Notes under the pieces: generated by a model
Seen by the model: only the letters and a program-made list of their open reading frames with translations
What the model was told of the DNA's origin: nothing
The model's database searches: none
From: Candidatus Nanopelagicus sp.
GTDB taxonomy: Bacteria > Actinomycetota > Actinomycetes > Nanopelagicales > Nanopelagicaceae
DNA length: 58,225 nt
Assembly: GCA_051006855.1 (NCBI GenBank)
Contig: JBPCSS010000021.1
Location: 1-58,225 of the forward strand
Direction: 5' to 3'
In this document: one piece after another, positions 39,669-49,089 of the stretch
Numbering within the stretch: position 1 is the first letter of the stretch
Layout: every line of letters begins with the position of its first letter
Position numbers and translations under genes: made by a program

Positions 39669-41135
39669 ATGGCCACACTTGCAGAGTTGATTACGGAAAA
39701 CTCTTCACTCACCGCAAATGAGGTTGAGCACCTGGCAGAGTTGGTAGCAGAGTGGCGGTTACTCGCGGATCTTTCATTTGCAGACCTACTTTTATGGTTA
39801 CCAATCCGCCGTGATGAAAAATCATGGCCACAGGGACATTTAGTTATCGCTCAGATTAGACCGACAACAGCTGCAACAGTTTTTGGCGATGATTTGGTTG
39901 GATCCCAAGTTAATTGGGGAGAGCGGCCCTTAGTAGATCAAGCATTATCTGATGGTGAAATTATTAGAGATGCTAAACCAGAATTAGTTGGTCATCTTAT
40001 GATTAAAGAAGAGAGTATTCCGGTCATATTGAATGGAAAAACTTTGGCAGTTATTTCAAGACACCGTAACTCTGAGTTAATGCGCCAGCCATCAAAGCTT
40101 GAGCTAAATTATCGAGAAATTGCCCACAAAATTTATAAAATGGTTGCCGAGGGAACCTTTCCAATTAGAAATAGTTTGTATAGCTCAGAATCAGCTCCCA
40201 GAGTCGGCGATGGCTTAATTAGATTGGATGTTAATGGCACAATCTTTTTTGCCTCCCCTAATGCACGTTCTGCGCTAAGCAGAGTTGGATTTCAAAAAGA
40301 GTTGGAGGGTGAGAATCTAGGATCGGTTTTTGCAAGTTTGCATAAAGGTGAAAATTTACCTACCGATGAATCCTGGCAAACATTATTAAGTGGAAAATCA
40401 TTGCGCCGGACAGAGTATGAAAGTCCGGCCGCTGTAATAGATATTTTGGTAATTCCACTAACTGAAGGCAATGATCGAATTGGTGCGATCGTGTTATTAC
40501 ACAACATAACTGAATTACGAAATAGAGATCGAGCCTTAATTACAAAAGATGCCACTATTAAAGAGATTCACCATCGGGTTAAGAACAATCTACAAACAGT
40601 ATCCGCCCTACTTCGCCTGCAATCTCGGCGAGTAACTGATCCAACCGCCAGCGAGGCATTATCTGAAGCGGTTAGAAGAGTTGCCTCCATTGCCCTAGTC
40701 CATGAAACTTTATCTAATCAATCCTCTGAGTTTGTTGAATTTGATCAAGTATTTGAGCAGATTGTGAAAAATGCTTTGGATTTAAACACTAGGAAAATTG
40801 AATTTAAAAAGGTAGGCGAATTTGGAGCTTTTGATTCAAAGACTGCCACCGCTCTTTCATTAGTCATAACTGAGTTGATTCATAATGCGCTCGAGCATGG
40901 TTTAGACAAAAGCGGTGATCAGTTAATAGTTGAGGTGATTAAGAAGCAAAATAATTACCAAGTAAGTGTTTGTGATAATGGTTCTGGGCTTCCTACTGAG
41001 TTTAATATTGAAAAGTCAGCTAATTTAGGATTGCAAATTGCCAATACCTTAACTAAAAATGAGTTAAATGGAAGTTTGAAACTATTTCGAGTTGGGGATC
41101 TAACTAAGGGAGAAATTTCCTTTAGCTGTAATTAA
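39669..41135 (+). CDS. pdtaS: Cytoplasmic sensor histidine kinase PdtaS
   Basis: LLADLSFADLLLW, APRVGDG, EIHHRVKNNLQ, ELIHNALEHG; convergent with whiB1 as Rv3220c/Rv3219. Confidence 0.9.
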   Translation: MATLAELITENSSLTANEVEHLAELVAEWRLLADLSFADLLLWLPIRRDEKSWPQGHLVIAQIRPTTAATVFGDDLVGSQVNWGERPLVDQALSDGEIIRDAKPELVGHLMIKEESIPVILNGKTLAVISRHRNSELMRQPSKLELNYREIAHKIYKMVAEGTFPIRNSLYSSESAPRVGDGLIRLDVNGTIFFASPNARSALSRVGFQKELEGENLGSVFASLHKGENLPTDESWQTLLSGKSLRRTEYESPAAVIDILVIPLTEGNDRIGAIVLLHNITELRNRDRALITKDATIKEIHHRVKNNLQTVSALLRLQSRRVTDPTASEALSEAVRRVASIALVHETLSNQSSEFVEFDQVFEQIVKNALDLNTRKIEFKKVGEFGAFDSKTATALSLVITELIHNALEHGLDKSGDQLIVEVIKKQNNYQVSVCDNGSGLPTEFNIEKSANLGLQIANTLTKNELNGSLKLFRVGDLTKGEISFSCN

Positions 41136-41401
41136 AAGGAGTTTTGATTTTCCATCTGACGGGCACGATTTCTAGCAGCACGTCGTTTCATGGCACGTCT
41201 TTCATCCTCAGATAATCCACCCCATACACCAGCATCTTGGCCACTTTCTAACGCCCAAGCTAGACATGGCTCTTTCACAGAACATCTTTCACAAATCTTT
41301 TTTGCCTCTTCAATTTGGGCCAAGGCTGGGCCAGTATTTCCTACCGGGAAGAAAACCTCTGGATCCTCTTCGCGACAAGCTGCTTCATGTCGCCAATCCA
41401 T
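41132..41401 (-). CDS. whiB1: WhiB family regulator, WhiB1/WblE class
   Basis: MDWRHEAACREEDPEVFFPVGNTGPA...GQDAGVWGGLSEDERRAMKRR; AAGGAG RBS. Confidence 0.95.
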   Translation of the reverse strand: MDWRHEAACREEDPEVFFPVGNTGPALAQIEEAKKICERCSVKEPCLAWALESGQDAGVWGGLSEDERRAMKRRAARNRARQMENQNSF

Positions 41402-41460
41402 AGGGCAGCAACTCCTTCGATGAGTAGGTGTTAATTAGTAGTCAAAAAATCAACTGGCTT

Positions 41461-41489
41461 ATTCTCTCCTTAATTTAATTAATAAACAA
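41461..41489 (-). promoter_or_regulatory. Putative whiB1 promoter
   Basis: Minus strand TTGTTT-N17-GAGAAT, about 60 nt upstream of the ATG. Confidence 0.4.
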
Positions 41490-41539
41490 GGATATTTCGC
41501 TGAGAATTTAAAATATTTAGATAAATTCCATTTTTCATA

Positions 41540-41650
41540 CCAAGATTTCGCTCACGGATGAATAAATCCTGCGCATTGGCCAGTGGCCAGAAAGTGCGAT
41601 CCCTAGAGCTTCTCCGGGTGAATATCTAGGTAAAGGCCAAGATTTAGCGC
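41540..41650 (+). ncRNA. Candidate structured RNA or cis-element upstream of msrA
   Basis: GC-richer patch with several hand-identified stems (see findings). No family recognised. Confidence 0.3.
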
Positions 41651-41721
41651 AAAAAAAGCACAGAATAATTTGCCAATAATTTGAGATTGCACACCAGTAA
41701 TCAATAGGAGAGAATTAGCCA

Positions 41722-42255
41722 ATGAGCCAGACCGCATATTTTGCAACCGGATGTTTTTGGGGAGCAGAGCGAAGATTTTGGAATTTAGCTGGCGTAATAC
41801 AAACCTCAGTTGGATATATGGGAGGAAATAAACCAGATCCAACTTACAAAGAGGTTTGCGCTGGTACTACAAATCATGCTGAAATGGTTGAGGTCATTTT
41901 TGATCCAGAGATTATTTCATACCAGCGATTGTTGGCAGAATTTTGGGTTATGCATGATCCAACATCTTTAAATCAACAAGGTGGAGATATCGGAACTCAA
42001 TATCGATCCTCAATTTTTACAACCTCACCAGAGCAGATGCAGCAGGCCCTTGCAAGTAAAGAGATTTACCAAAATGAATTGACTAAAAATGGTATGGATA
42101 AAATTGTCACTGAGATTTTGCCAGCTAGTGGCGTTACTTACTGGCTTGCTGAGGAATACCACCAGCGATATCTAGAAAAGAATCCAAATGGTTACGACTG
42201 CCACTCCTCAACTGGCGTAGCTTTTCCAACTGCATTAGCGAGTAATAATGGATGA
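41722..42255 (+). CDS. msrA: Peptide-methionine (S)-S-oxide reductase
   Basis: GCFWG, GTTNHAE, DIGTQYRS, AEEYHQRY; AGGAG RBS. Confidence 0.95.
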   Translation: MSQTAYFATGCFWGAERRFWNLAGVIQTSVGYMGGNKPDPTYKEVCAGTTNHAEMVEVIFDPEIISYQRLLAEFWVMHDPTSLNQQGGDIGTQYRSSIFTTSPEQMQQALASKEIYQNELTKNGMDKIVTEILPASGVTYWLAEEYHQRYLEKNPNGYDCHSSTGVAFPTALASNNG

Positions 42256-42688
42256 GATAACTGGAATTAACTCCAAAGGAGAACCTTATAAAGTTAAGAT
42301 TGATGAAGCTGAGTTAAAAAGTAAGGTAGATCCTCTTTCATTTGATGTTTTACGTAAATCAGCAACTGAAACTGCATTTACTGGTGAATACACAGATAGT
42401 GAAACTATTGGTGTTTATAAATGTAAAGCCTGCAGCGCTGAATTATTTAGGTCTGACACAAAATTTCATTCTGGCTGTGGTTGGCCTTCATTTTATGCAC
42501 CAACTGCAGATGATGCTGTTGAGTTAATTGAAGATCGATCACTTTTTCCAAGGGTGCGTACAGAGGTTAGATGTTCAGCCTGTGGCTCTCATTTGGGCCA
42601 TGTCTTTTCTGGTGAGGGGTATGCCGTTCCAACTGACCAACGTTGGTGCATTAACTCAGTGGCACTTGTGCTTGAACCGAAGAATTGA
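42248..42688 (+). CDS. msrB: Peptide-methionine (R)-S-oxide reductase
   Basis: Two CxxC motifs, SGCGWPSF, HLGHVF, RWCINS. Confidence 0.95.
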   Translation: MDEITGINSKGEPYKVKIDEAELKSKVDPLSFDVLRKSATETAFTGEYTDSETIGVYKCKACSAELFRSDTKFHSGCGWPSFYAPTADDAVELIEDRSLFPRVRTEVRCSACGSHLGHVFSGEGYAVPTDQRWCINSVALVLEPKN

Positions 42689-42733
42689 GTTTTTAGCAAA
42701 ACTACTCTGAATTTAATGGGTTAGGCTTTAGAT

Positions 42734-43867
42734 ATGAGTGAGCCGGTTGATTTGGACAAATTAGCAACAGAATCCAAAGTTGTTGCAGCTGGCCGACCTG
42801 CAAAACAACCAGATGGCGCTCTTAATCCACCAATCGCACTTAACTCAACATTTCATGAAGGTGGGCCAGTTGGCTATGGCCGTTATGGCAATGAAACCTG
42901 GAGTGCATTAGAGGAGGCGATCTGCGCTTTAGAAGGTGGCAAAACATTACTTTTCTCCTCCGGCATGGCTGCAATTAGTGCAGTCTTTTCACTTTTGCCA
43001 GAAGGTGCAGTAATTGTTGCAGCACATAATGGTTATCAAGGAACAACAACTTTATTAAAAAAATTAAATGAAAGTGAAAAGCTAAAAGTTCGATTTGTGA
43101 ACTTGGCAAATACTGATGAATGTATGGCGGCCATTCCAGGTGCACAGATGCTTTATTTGGAATCTCCGATTAACCCACTACTTGAGGTGGTCGATCTACC
43201 GAAAATTATTTCAGCAGGAAAGGCTGCAGGTTGCGGGGTAGCAGTCGATAACACCCTAGCCACACCACTTCTGCAAAATCCGCTAGCAATGGGTGCTGAT
43301 ATCTCAATTCATTCAGTTACCAAGTACTTATCCGGGCATAGTGATTTAATACTTGGCTCGTTAAGTACAAATGATCCAGCACTCTACAGTCGACTTGAGC
43401 AATCTAGAAGGTATGGCGGAGCGATCGCTGGGCCATTTGAGGCTTGGATTGCATTACGTGGCCTTCGAACATTTGCACTTCGAATGCAACGATCCCAAGA
43501 GAATGCCATGGAATTAGCTTCTCGCTTATCACAAGATTCACGCATATCTAGAGTTAGATATCCAGGCTTAGCCACCGATTCTTATCATTCATTAGCTAAA
43601 TCCTTTATGAAGGGCTTTGGCGCCATGATCTCATTTGATGTGAATGCAACTGTTGAACAGGTTGATTTAATGTGTAATAGTTCAAAATTAATTACCAATG
43701 CCACCTCACTTGGTGGAGTGGAATCTATTTGGGAGCGACGTCGCCGGTGGGCAACTGAGAGTGAAACTGTGCCAGAAAATTTAATCAGATTTTCAGTCGG
43801 CATTGAAAATGTGGATGATCTATGGGCAGATATTCAGCAGGCATTAACTGCTGCAAAGATTAAATAG
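42734..43867 (+). CDS. PLP-dependent trans-sulfuration enzyme (cystathionine gamma-synthase/lyase family)
   Basis: YGRYGN, FSSGMAA, VDNT, HSVTKYLSGHSD, SLGGVES, RFSVGIE. Confidence 0.88.
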   Translation: MSEPVDLDKLATESKVVAAGRPAKQPDGALNPPIALNSTFHEGGPVGYGRYGNETWSALEEAICALEGGKTLLFSSGMAAISAVFSLLPEGAVIVAAHNGYQGTTTLLKKLNESEKLKVRFVNLANTDECMAAIPGAQMLYLESPINPLLEVVDLPKIISAGKAAGCGVAVDNTLATPLLQNPLAMGADISIHSVTKYLSGHSDLILGSLSTNDPALYSRLEQSRRYGGAIAGPFEAWIALRGLRTFALRMQRSQENAMELASRLSQDSRISRVRYPGLATDSYHSLAKSFMKGFGAMISFDVNATVEQVDLMCNSSKLITNATSLGGVESIWERRRRWATESETVPENLIRFSVGIENVDDLWADIQQALTAAKIK

Positions 43868-44352
43868 TGTCAGTAAAAATCAGATCAGCGGTTCAGGCTG
43901 ACCTACCTGTAATTTTGCAATTTATTCATGATCTAGCAGTATATGAAAAAGCACCTGATGAGGTAGAGCTTTCATTGGATGATTTAAAGGACTCTCTCTT
44001 TGGACCAAACCCTCAAGTTTTTTGCCTGATCTCAGAGGAAGATAGTCAAACCACTGGATTTGCAGTTTGGCACTTAAATTATTCAACTTGGTTAGGTAAG
44101 CATGGAATTTACCTAGAAGATCTATATGTGGACCCAAAGTTTCGAGGGCAGGGCCATGGCAAAGCTTTACTTAGAAAGTTAGCTCAAATTTGTATTGAAA
44201 ATGGGTATAAAAGATTGCAGTGGTGGGTTTTAGATTGGAATGAGAGCGCAATTGATTTCTATAACTCCATAGGTGCGCAGCCAATGGATCAGTGGACGGT
44301 CTTTAGAGTATCTGGGAGTTCACTAAGAAAACTCGCCACCGAGGGAAATTAG
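43867..44352 (+). CDS. GNAT acetyltransferase (diamine acetyltransferase-like)
   Basis: YSTWLG, YLEDLYV, RGQGHGKALL, VLDWN..AIDFY. Confidence 0.88.
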   Translation: MSVKIRSAVQADLPVILQFIHDLAVYEKAPDEVELSLDDLKDSLFGPNPQVFCLISEEDSQTTGFAVWHLNYSTWLGKHGIYLEDLYVDPKFRGQGHGKALLRKLAQICIENGYKRLQWWVLDWNESAIDFYNSIGAQPMDQWTVFRVSGSSLRKLATEGN

Positions 44353-44388
44353 TAAGGGTGGCAGATTAAAAGATAGTAGATTTGCCCC

Positions 44389-44538
44389 ATGATCAAAGCA
44401 TTCAAAAGACTCTTTGCACTCCTTGCTGGAGTATTAGTCATCTTTGGTGCGATCAAATCTGTATTTAACTGGTTGGCTCGCTCTGAAAATGATGAGTATG
44501 AAGTATGGAGCGATGATGAACAACGAGAAGATGCATAA
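44389..44538 (+). CDS. 49-aa single-pass membrane micro-protein
   Basis: Not in the ORF track. MIKAFKRLFALLAGVLVIFGAIKSVFNWLARSENDEYEVWSDDEQREDA; TAGATT-N6-ATG upstream; stop abuts the next GTG. Confidence 0.7.
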   Translation: MIKAFKRLFALLAGVLVIFGAIKSVFNWLARSENDEYEVWSDDEQREDA

Positions 44539-44919
44539 GTGAGTAGCGAATATATTGCAGGTGCTTGCAACATCGGCAAAGGTGAAATTCGCCGTCGACA
44601 ATTGGTAGCGTTAATTGGTATTTTTCTAACTATATCTACCGCCACTACTTTGCTAGCAACAGATCAAGCAAGATCTGCTCGATTTTCAATATTTCTGCCA
44701 GCAATGATTTTTTCAGTGGGATTCATTCAATCTCGTAAGAAATTTTGTTTAGCTTATGGTTTGGCTGGCACTTTTAATTTTGGAAAACTTGGAAGTATTA
44801 CAAAGGTTCAAAGCGCAGAGGATCGAAGAGCAGACCGTAAGACTGCGGTAAGTATTCTTGCCCAAGCTGTATTTCTAGCAGTAGCAATTACGGCAGTATT
44901 TTTTGCCTTACCTTTATAA
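44539..44919 (+). CDS. Conserved hypothetical membrane protein
   Basis: YIAGACNIG..E..RR and FCLAYG motifs; three TM segments. Confidence 0.7.
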   Translation: MSSEYIAGACNIGKGEIRRRQLVALIGIFLTISTATTLLATDQARSARFSIFLPAMIFSVGFIQSRKKFCLAYGLAGTFNFGKLGSITKVQSAEDRRADRKTAVSILAQAVFLAVAITAVFFALPL

Positions 44920-45717
44920 ATCTTCGTAGCTAGAGGGTAATTCACCAACATTTAAGAACTTCAAGTACTGCTCCGTAATATTTTCTGGTTCACCAGAGGC
45001 CAACATTTTTCCTTTATGCATCCAAATTGCATGATCACACAGTTCATTGATGGAAGATAATGCGTGAGAGACAATCAAAATAGTTCGAGCCTCTTCACAT
45101 AACTCTCGCATCCGGTTAAAAGACTTTTCCTTAAAAGCCGCATCTCCGGCAGAGAGCGCCTCATCTAATAGCAAAATATCTGGAGTCATATTCACAGCAA
45201 CTGCGAAAGCCACCCTGCTATACATGCCATTGCTATAAGTTCTAACCGGCATATCAATAAATCCTTCCGGCAAGTCTGCAAATTGCGCGATGGCATCAGT
45301 TTGGCTTTCAATTTCAGCTTTACTCATACCGGCTGCAAGCCCACCTAAAATGATGTTATCTCGGCCAGATAATGCTTTATTAAATCCAACCCCAAGTGCT
45401 AATAAAGTTGAGATTCTGCCATTAACAGTTATCTGTCCAGTTGTTGGTGGCAAGATTCCAGCAATAGATCTCATTAAAGTAGATTTACCAGCGCCATTGG
45501 CGCCAACAATTCCAACTACTGAGCCATGGGGAATATCTAAATTCAGATTTTTAACCGCCTCAACAGTTCTAGTTCTTACTCGCTCGCCTTTACTGGCGCG
45601 CATGATCGCATTTTTCAAAGTTTTCTTGGATTCAACATTGATTTTATAACTAATAGAAAGATCCTGGATCCGGATCGCTAAATTATCCGGCAAGCTCACT
45701 TTAGATGCGGACGGCAA
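44914..45717 (-). CDS. Polysaccharide ABC exporter ATPase (Wzt/TagH type)
   Basis: GANGAGKST, LSGRDN, YSNGMYSR, LLDEALSAGD. Confidence 0.9.
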   Translation of the reverse strand: MPSASKVSLPDNLAIRIQDLSISYKINVESKKTLKNAIMRASKGERVRTRTVEAVKNLNLDIPHGSVVGIVGANGAGKSTLMRSIAGILPPTTGQITVNGRISTLLALGVGFNKALSGRDNIILGGLAAGMSKAEIESQTDAIAQFADLPEGFIDMPVRTYSNGMYSRVAFAVAVNMTPDILLLDEALSAGDAAFKEKSFNRMRELCEEARTILIVSHALSSINELCDHAIWMHKGKMLASGEPENITEQYLKFLNVGELPSSYEDL

Positions 45718-46573
45718 AATCGCGCTCCCTTGATATAAAGAAATAACTGCCTAGCAAAAATGAAAAGAGTGCCCAAAATAGACAGCCAATTAGTTGGTTT
45801 GCAGTTGGCATTAAGCCATCGATCCAAATTCTTGAATTTGCAGAAAGTATCGGCCCAAGTGGATTTAAATAAAGTATTACTCGATACCAGCCATTTAACA
45901 TATCTGGTTGCCATAAAACCGGGGATGCGTATAGCCAAATTCTCATAATATATGAAAGCAATTTAGTAGTGTCTCGGAAGTAAACATTCATAGTTGCAAA
46001 TAGAAGTGAAAGACCAAAACTAGTAACAGCAAGTAATACAAACAAAATTGGAAGAAGTAGGTAATTTGCACTAAGCCCTGGCAAGGTAGAGTCATCTAAA
46101 AATAGCTTGCCACCGAAAACAATTAAAATATAAATAGGAATTGTTGGGAAAAACTGCCTTGCTGCACTTATTGCACTAGATAGAGGCAAAAGCGCCCGGG
46201 GAAAGGCTTGATTTAAAATCAAACTCCCGCCAGATGTAATTGATGAGGCGCCTAGCAAAATTGTATTTTGAGCAAAATAGAAGGTGAACAAACCAATTAA
46301 AATATGAGCCAAAGTTGTGAAGCCACCGCCTTGACCTCGACCACCTTGAATAACTGTTACAAGTAAAAAGTAAATTACCGCTAGAAATAAAGGATTTAAA
46401 ACTAACCAAACTTTGCCCAGCTTTGATTCTAAATACTCAGCCTTATCGGAGAATTTAGAAAGTTCAGTGGCAAACTCTCTTCTGCGCCAGAAATCCCTAA
46501 AGTAAGGAGGCAGTGGCGGAAGAGATGAGCTGTGCGGCTCAAATACTTGAATCTTGTTAGCACCCTCAATCAT
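45701..46573 (-). CDS. Polysaccharide ABC exporter permease (Wzm/TagG type)
   Basis: LGKVWLVLNP, FPRALLP, YFRD, YASPV, LNP motifs. Confidence 0.9.
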   Translation of the reverse strand: MIEGANKIQVFEPHSSSLPPLPPYFRDFWRRREFATELSKFSDKAEYLESKLGKVWLVLNPLFLAVIYFLLVTVIQGGRGQGGGFTTLAHILIGLFTFYFAQNTILLGASSITSGGSLILNQAFPRALLPLSSAISAARQFFPTIPIYILIVFGGKLFLDDSTLPGLSANYLLLPILFVLLAVTSFGLSLLFATMNVYFRDTTKLLSYIMRIWLYASPVLWQPDMLNGWYRVILYLNPLGPILSANSRIWIDGLMPTANQLIGCLFWALFSFLLGSYFFISRERDFAVRI

Positions 46574-46578
46574 GAGGG

Positions 46579-47478
46579 CTATTCTGCCACCTTTGATTTA
46601 GAACTTACGATCAGACTTGCAATCGTGGTGGTAAGCAAGGTTCCAACAATCACAGTTAGCGAGAATTGTGTTGAAATCTCTGGAATCTCTACACCAAGGA
46701 TTTTATGGATGTCATTTCCATGGATTGCCTCAATAATTAGTTTTACGCCAATAAATCCTAGGATTATGGCTAAACCTTTGGTTAAATAAATAAGTTTGGT
46801 CATTAAGCCACCGAGCAAAAAGTAAAGTTGGCGCAAGCCCATTAATGCAAAGGCATTTGCAGTGAAGACAATGTATGGATCCTTAGTTAATCCAAAAATT
46901 GCAGGGATTGAATCAAGTGCGAAAACTAAATCGGTAAAAGCAATTGCCACTAAAACGATAGTCAGGGGAGATGCACCACGGTTTTTAAACCAGGTAATAA
47001 CCTTGCCCTCTTTCCACTCTTTTTCACCAGATTCACTAATTAATTTGTATGCGGTGTAAAGCAGGAAAGCGCCAAAAATATAAAATACCCAGGTATATCT
47101 TGAGATAGCAGCGCTACCTATGGCGATAAAGATGCCACGCAGTACTAGTGCCATAATAATTCCAATTAGTAAAACTAATTGCTGCTTAGTCTTATCTATT
47201 TTAAATCTTGCCAAAATTAAAATGAAAATAAATAAGTTATCAACTGATAACGAGTACTCAGTAATCCAACCTGCAAAAAACTCACCACGAGCCTGGGTAG
47301 TGTTCCATTCACCGAGTGAGTATCCAAAAATAATTGCAGCGCTGACATAGAAAATTGTCCAAGCAGCTGCCTCTTTCATCGAAGTCTCTTTGTTTCTGCG
47401 GATTATTGCTAAAGTTAAGTCAAAGGCAAGTACAGCCAGTAATCCTGCAATTGTTACTTCCCATACCGTCAGACTCAT
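46579..47478 (-). CDS. TerC/Alx family membrane protein
   Basis: EYSLSVDNLF, DLVFALDSIPA, NAFALMGLRQLYF. Confidence 0.92.
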   Translation of the reverse strand: MSLTVWEVTIAGLLAVLAFDLTLAIIRRNKETSMKEAAAWTIFYVSAAIIFGYSLGEWNTTQARGEFFAGWITEYSLSVDNLFIFILILARFKIDKTKQQLVLLIGIIMALVLRGIFIAIGSAAISRYTWVFYIFGAFLLYTAYKLISESGEKEWKEGKVITWFKNRGASPLTIVLVAIAFTDLVFALDSIPAIFGLTKDPYIVFTANAFALMGLRQLYFLLGGLMTKLIYLTKGLAIILGFIGVKLIIEAIHGNDIHKILGVEIPEISTQFSLTVIVGTLLTTTIASLIVSSKSKVAE

Positions 47479-48867
47479 TTAGTTAAATACCTTTCCAGGA
47501 TTTAAAATATTGTTTGGATCTAAAGTTTTCTTGATTGAGCGCATAATACTAACCGCAGGTGCACCTGTTTCAGCCTCTAAGGCCTGAATTTTTCCTGAGC
47601 CTATTCCATGTTCGCCGGTACAGGTGCCGCCCATTTCAATCATTTTCATAGTTATCTCATGAGTTATGTGACGTACATCCTCTAACTCAGCTGGTTTAGC
47701 TGGATCAGTAACAATAAAACAATGAAAGTTTGCATCTGCAACATGGCCAAGTATTGAAAATGGATAAGGATGTTTACTAAGTATTTCCTCCGCCACCGTT
47801 ACCGCTTGCGCAAGTTTTGAAAGTGGTACGGCTGCATCAGTGCTAACTGCCCGCTTTCCTGGGTTTGCGGCAATTCCTGCCCAGTAAGCATTGTGTCTTG
47901 CTTGCCATAATTTTCTTCGGGCACCTTCATCAGTTGTCCATTCAAAATCAGATCCACCAAACTCTTCTACAATCTCTTTTACCGAGGCTGCATCTTCGGC
48001 AACTCCTTGCGGTGAGCCATGGAATTCGAAAAATAAGGTTGGAACTTCAGCCAAACTCAACCCATCATGGGCATTTACATTCTTAATGCACTTTGCATCC
48101 AAAAACTCACATCTTGCAATTGAGATACCAGATCTAACAATTGCAGTAGCAGCTGTTACGCCATCAGATAAGTTTTTAAATCTAACAATGGCCGCTGCCA
48201 TCTTCTCTGGAATTCCAAAGACCCGAAGTGTTAACTCGGTGATCACCGCCAATGTGCCCTCTGAGCCAACTAGCAATCTGGTTAAGTCATAACCGGCAGA
48301 TAGCTTTCTTGTCTCACGCCCGGTCTTGATTACTGTGCCATCTGCCATAACAGCAGTGAGTGCTAAAACATTGTCTCGCATTGAGCCGTACCGAACCGTA
48401 GTGGTGCCAGCAGCGCCAGTTGCCGCCATGCCACCTAAAGTGGCATCCGCGCCTGGATCTACTGAGAAAAATAATCCTGAGCTGGCCAATTTCTCATTTA
48501 ATGCAACTCGATGCACGCCAGGTTGGACTCGAACAATTAAATCATCACCTCTAACCTCAAGCACCTTATTCATTTGAGTTAAATCAAGTGAAATTCCACC
48601 AAATAAAGGCAATACATGCCCTTCAAGTGATGAACCAGCACCAAAGGCAACTACTGGAATTTTCTGGCTATTGCAGTAAGCCAAAACTTTTGAAACTTCA
48701 TCAGTACTTTGCGGCATAACAACCGCTGATGGGCGTACTGGTGGAATGGCAGATTCATCTTTACCGTGTTGATCTAATACAGTTTCATTAGTTGAAACTT
48801 GACCGGTAACTAAAGTTTTTAAATGCTCAATTTGCGCAGCAGTTAAATCAACTCGCTTATTTACCAT
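47479..48867 (-). CDS. FAD-linked oxidase (D-lactate dehydrogenase/GlcD family)
   Basis: GAGSSLEG, VDPGADATLGGM, GSEGTL, GEHGIG, DPNNILNPGK. Confidence 0.9.
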   Translation of the reverse strand: MVNKRVDLTAAQIEHLKTLVTGQVSTNETVLDQHGKDESAIPPVRPSAVVMPQSTDEVSKVLAYCNSQKIPVVAFGAGSSLEGHVLPLFGGISLDLTQMNKVLEVRGDDLIVRVQPGVHRVALNEKLASSGLFFSVDPGADATLGGMAATGAAGTTTVRYGSMRDNVLALTAVMADGTVIKTGRETRKLSAGYDLTRLLVGSEGTLAVITELTLRVFGIPEKMAAAIVRFKNLSDGVTAATAIVRSGISIARCEFLDAKCIKNVNAHDGLSLAEVPTLFFEFHGSPQGVAEDAASVKEIVEEFGGSDFEWTTDEGARRKLWQARHNAYWAGIAANPGKRAVSTDAAVPLSKLAQAVTVAEEILSKHPYPFSILGHVADANFHCFIVTDPAKPAELEDVRHITHEITMKMIEMGGTCTGEHGIGSGKIQALEAETGAPAVSIMRSIKKTLDPNNILNPGKVFN

Positions 48868-49089
48868 GCATAGATAATACCTGCTTTTAAATGTAATGAT
48901 TTAAATGGGAAAAGCATTATTTATTGTTAATTTTTTGTTATTAAATAAATAATCATAAATTTACGCATGAAATTATCACAGTTGCTAATAAATTTAACTC
49001 TGCTAAACTACCTATGTAAGATAACGTTTGACTAGGAGAGTGCACGCCAAACTTTGGTCTATTTGGACCCTTTGACAGTACAAACCCGC

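Noticed and set aside
41603-41842. 79-aa minus-strand ORF upstream of whiB1
   Set aside because: It overlaps msrA in antisense and has no recognisable motif; the region is better read as non-coding.
44349-44645. 98-aa antisense ORF
   Set aside because: It overlaps two better-supported plus-strand genes (44389-44538 and 44539-44919).
47470-47490. yybP-ykoY (Mn) riboswitch ahead of terC/alx
   Set aside because: The terC start directly abuts the upstream stop codon, leaving no leader.
49030-49060. Glycine riboswitch (GGAGAG...CGCC resemblance)
   Set aside because: The following GAAG and CUCAGG elements and a second aptamer are missing.
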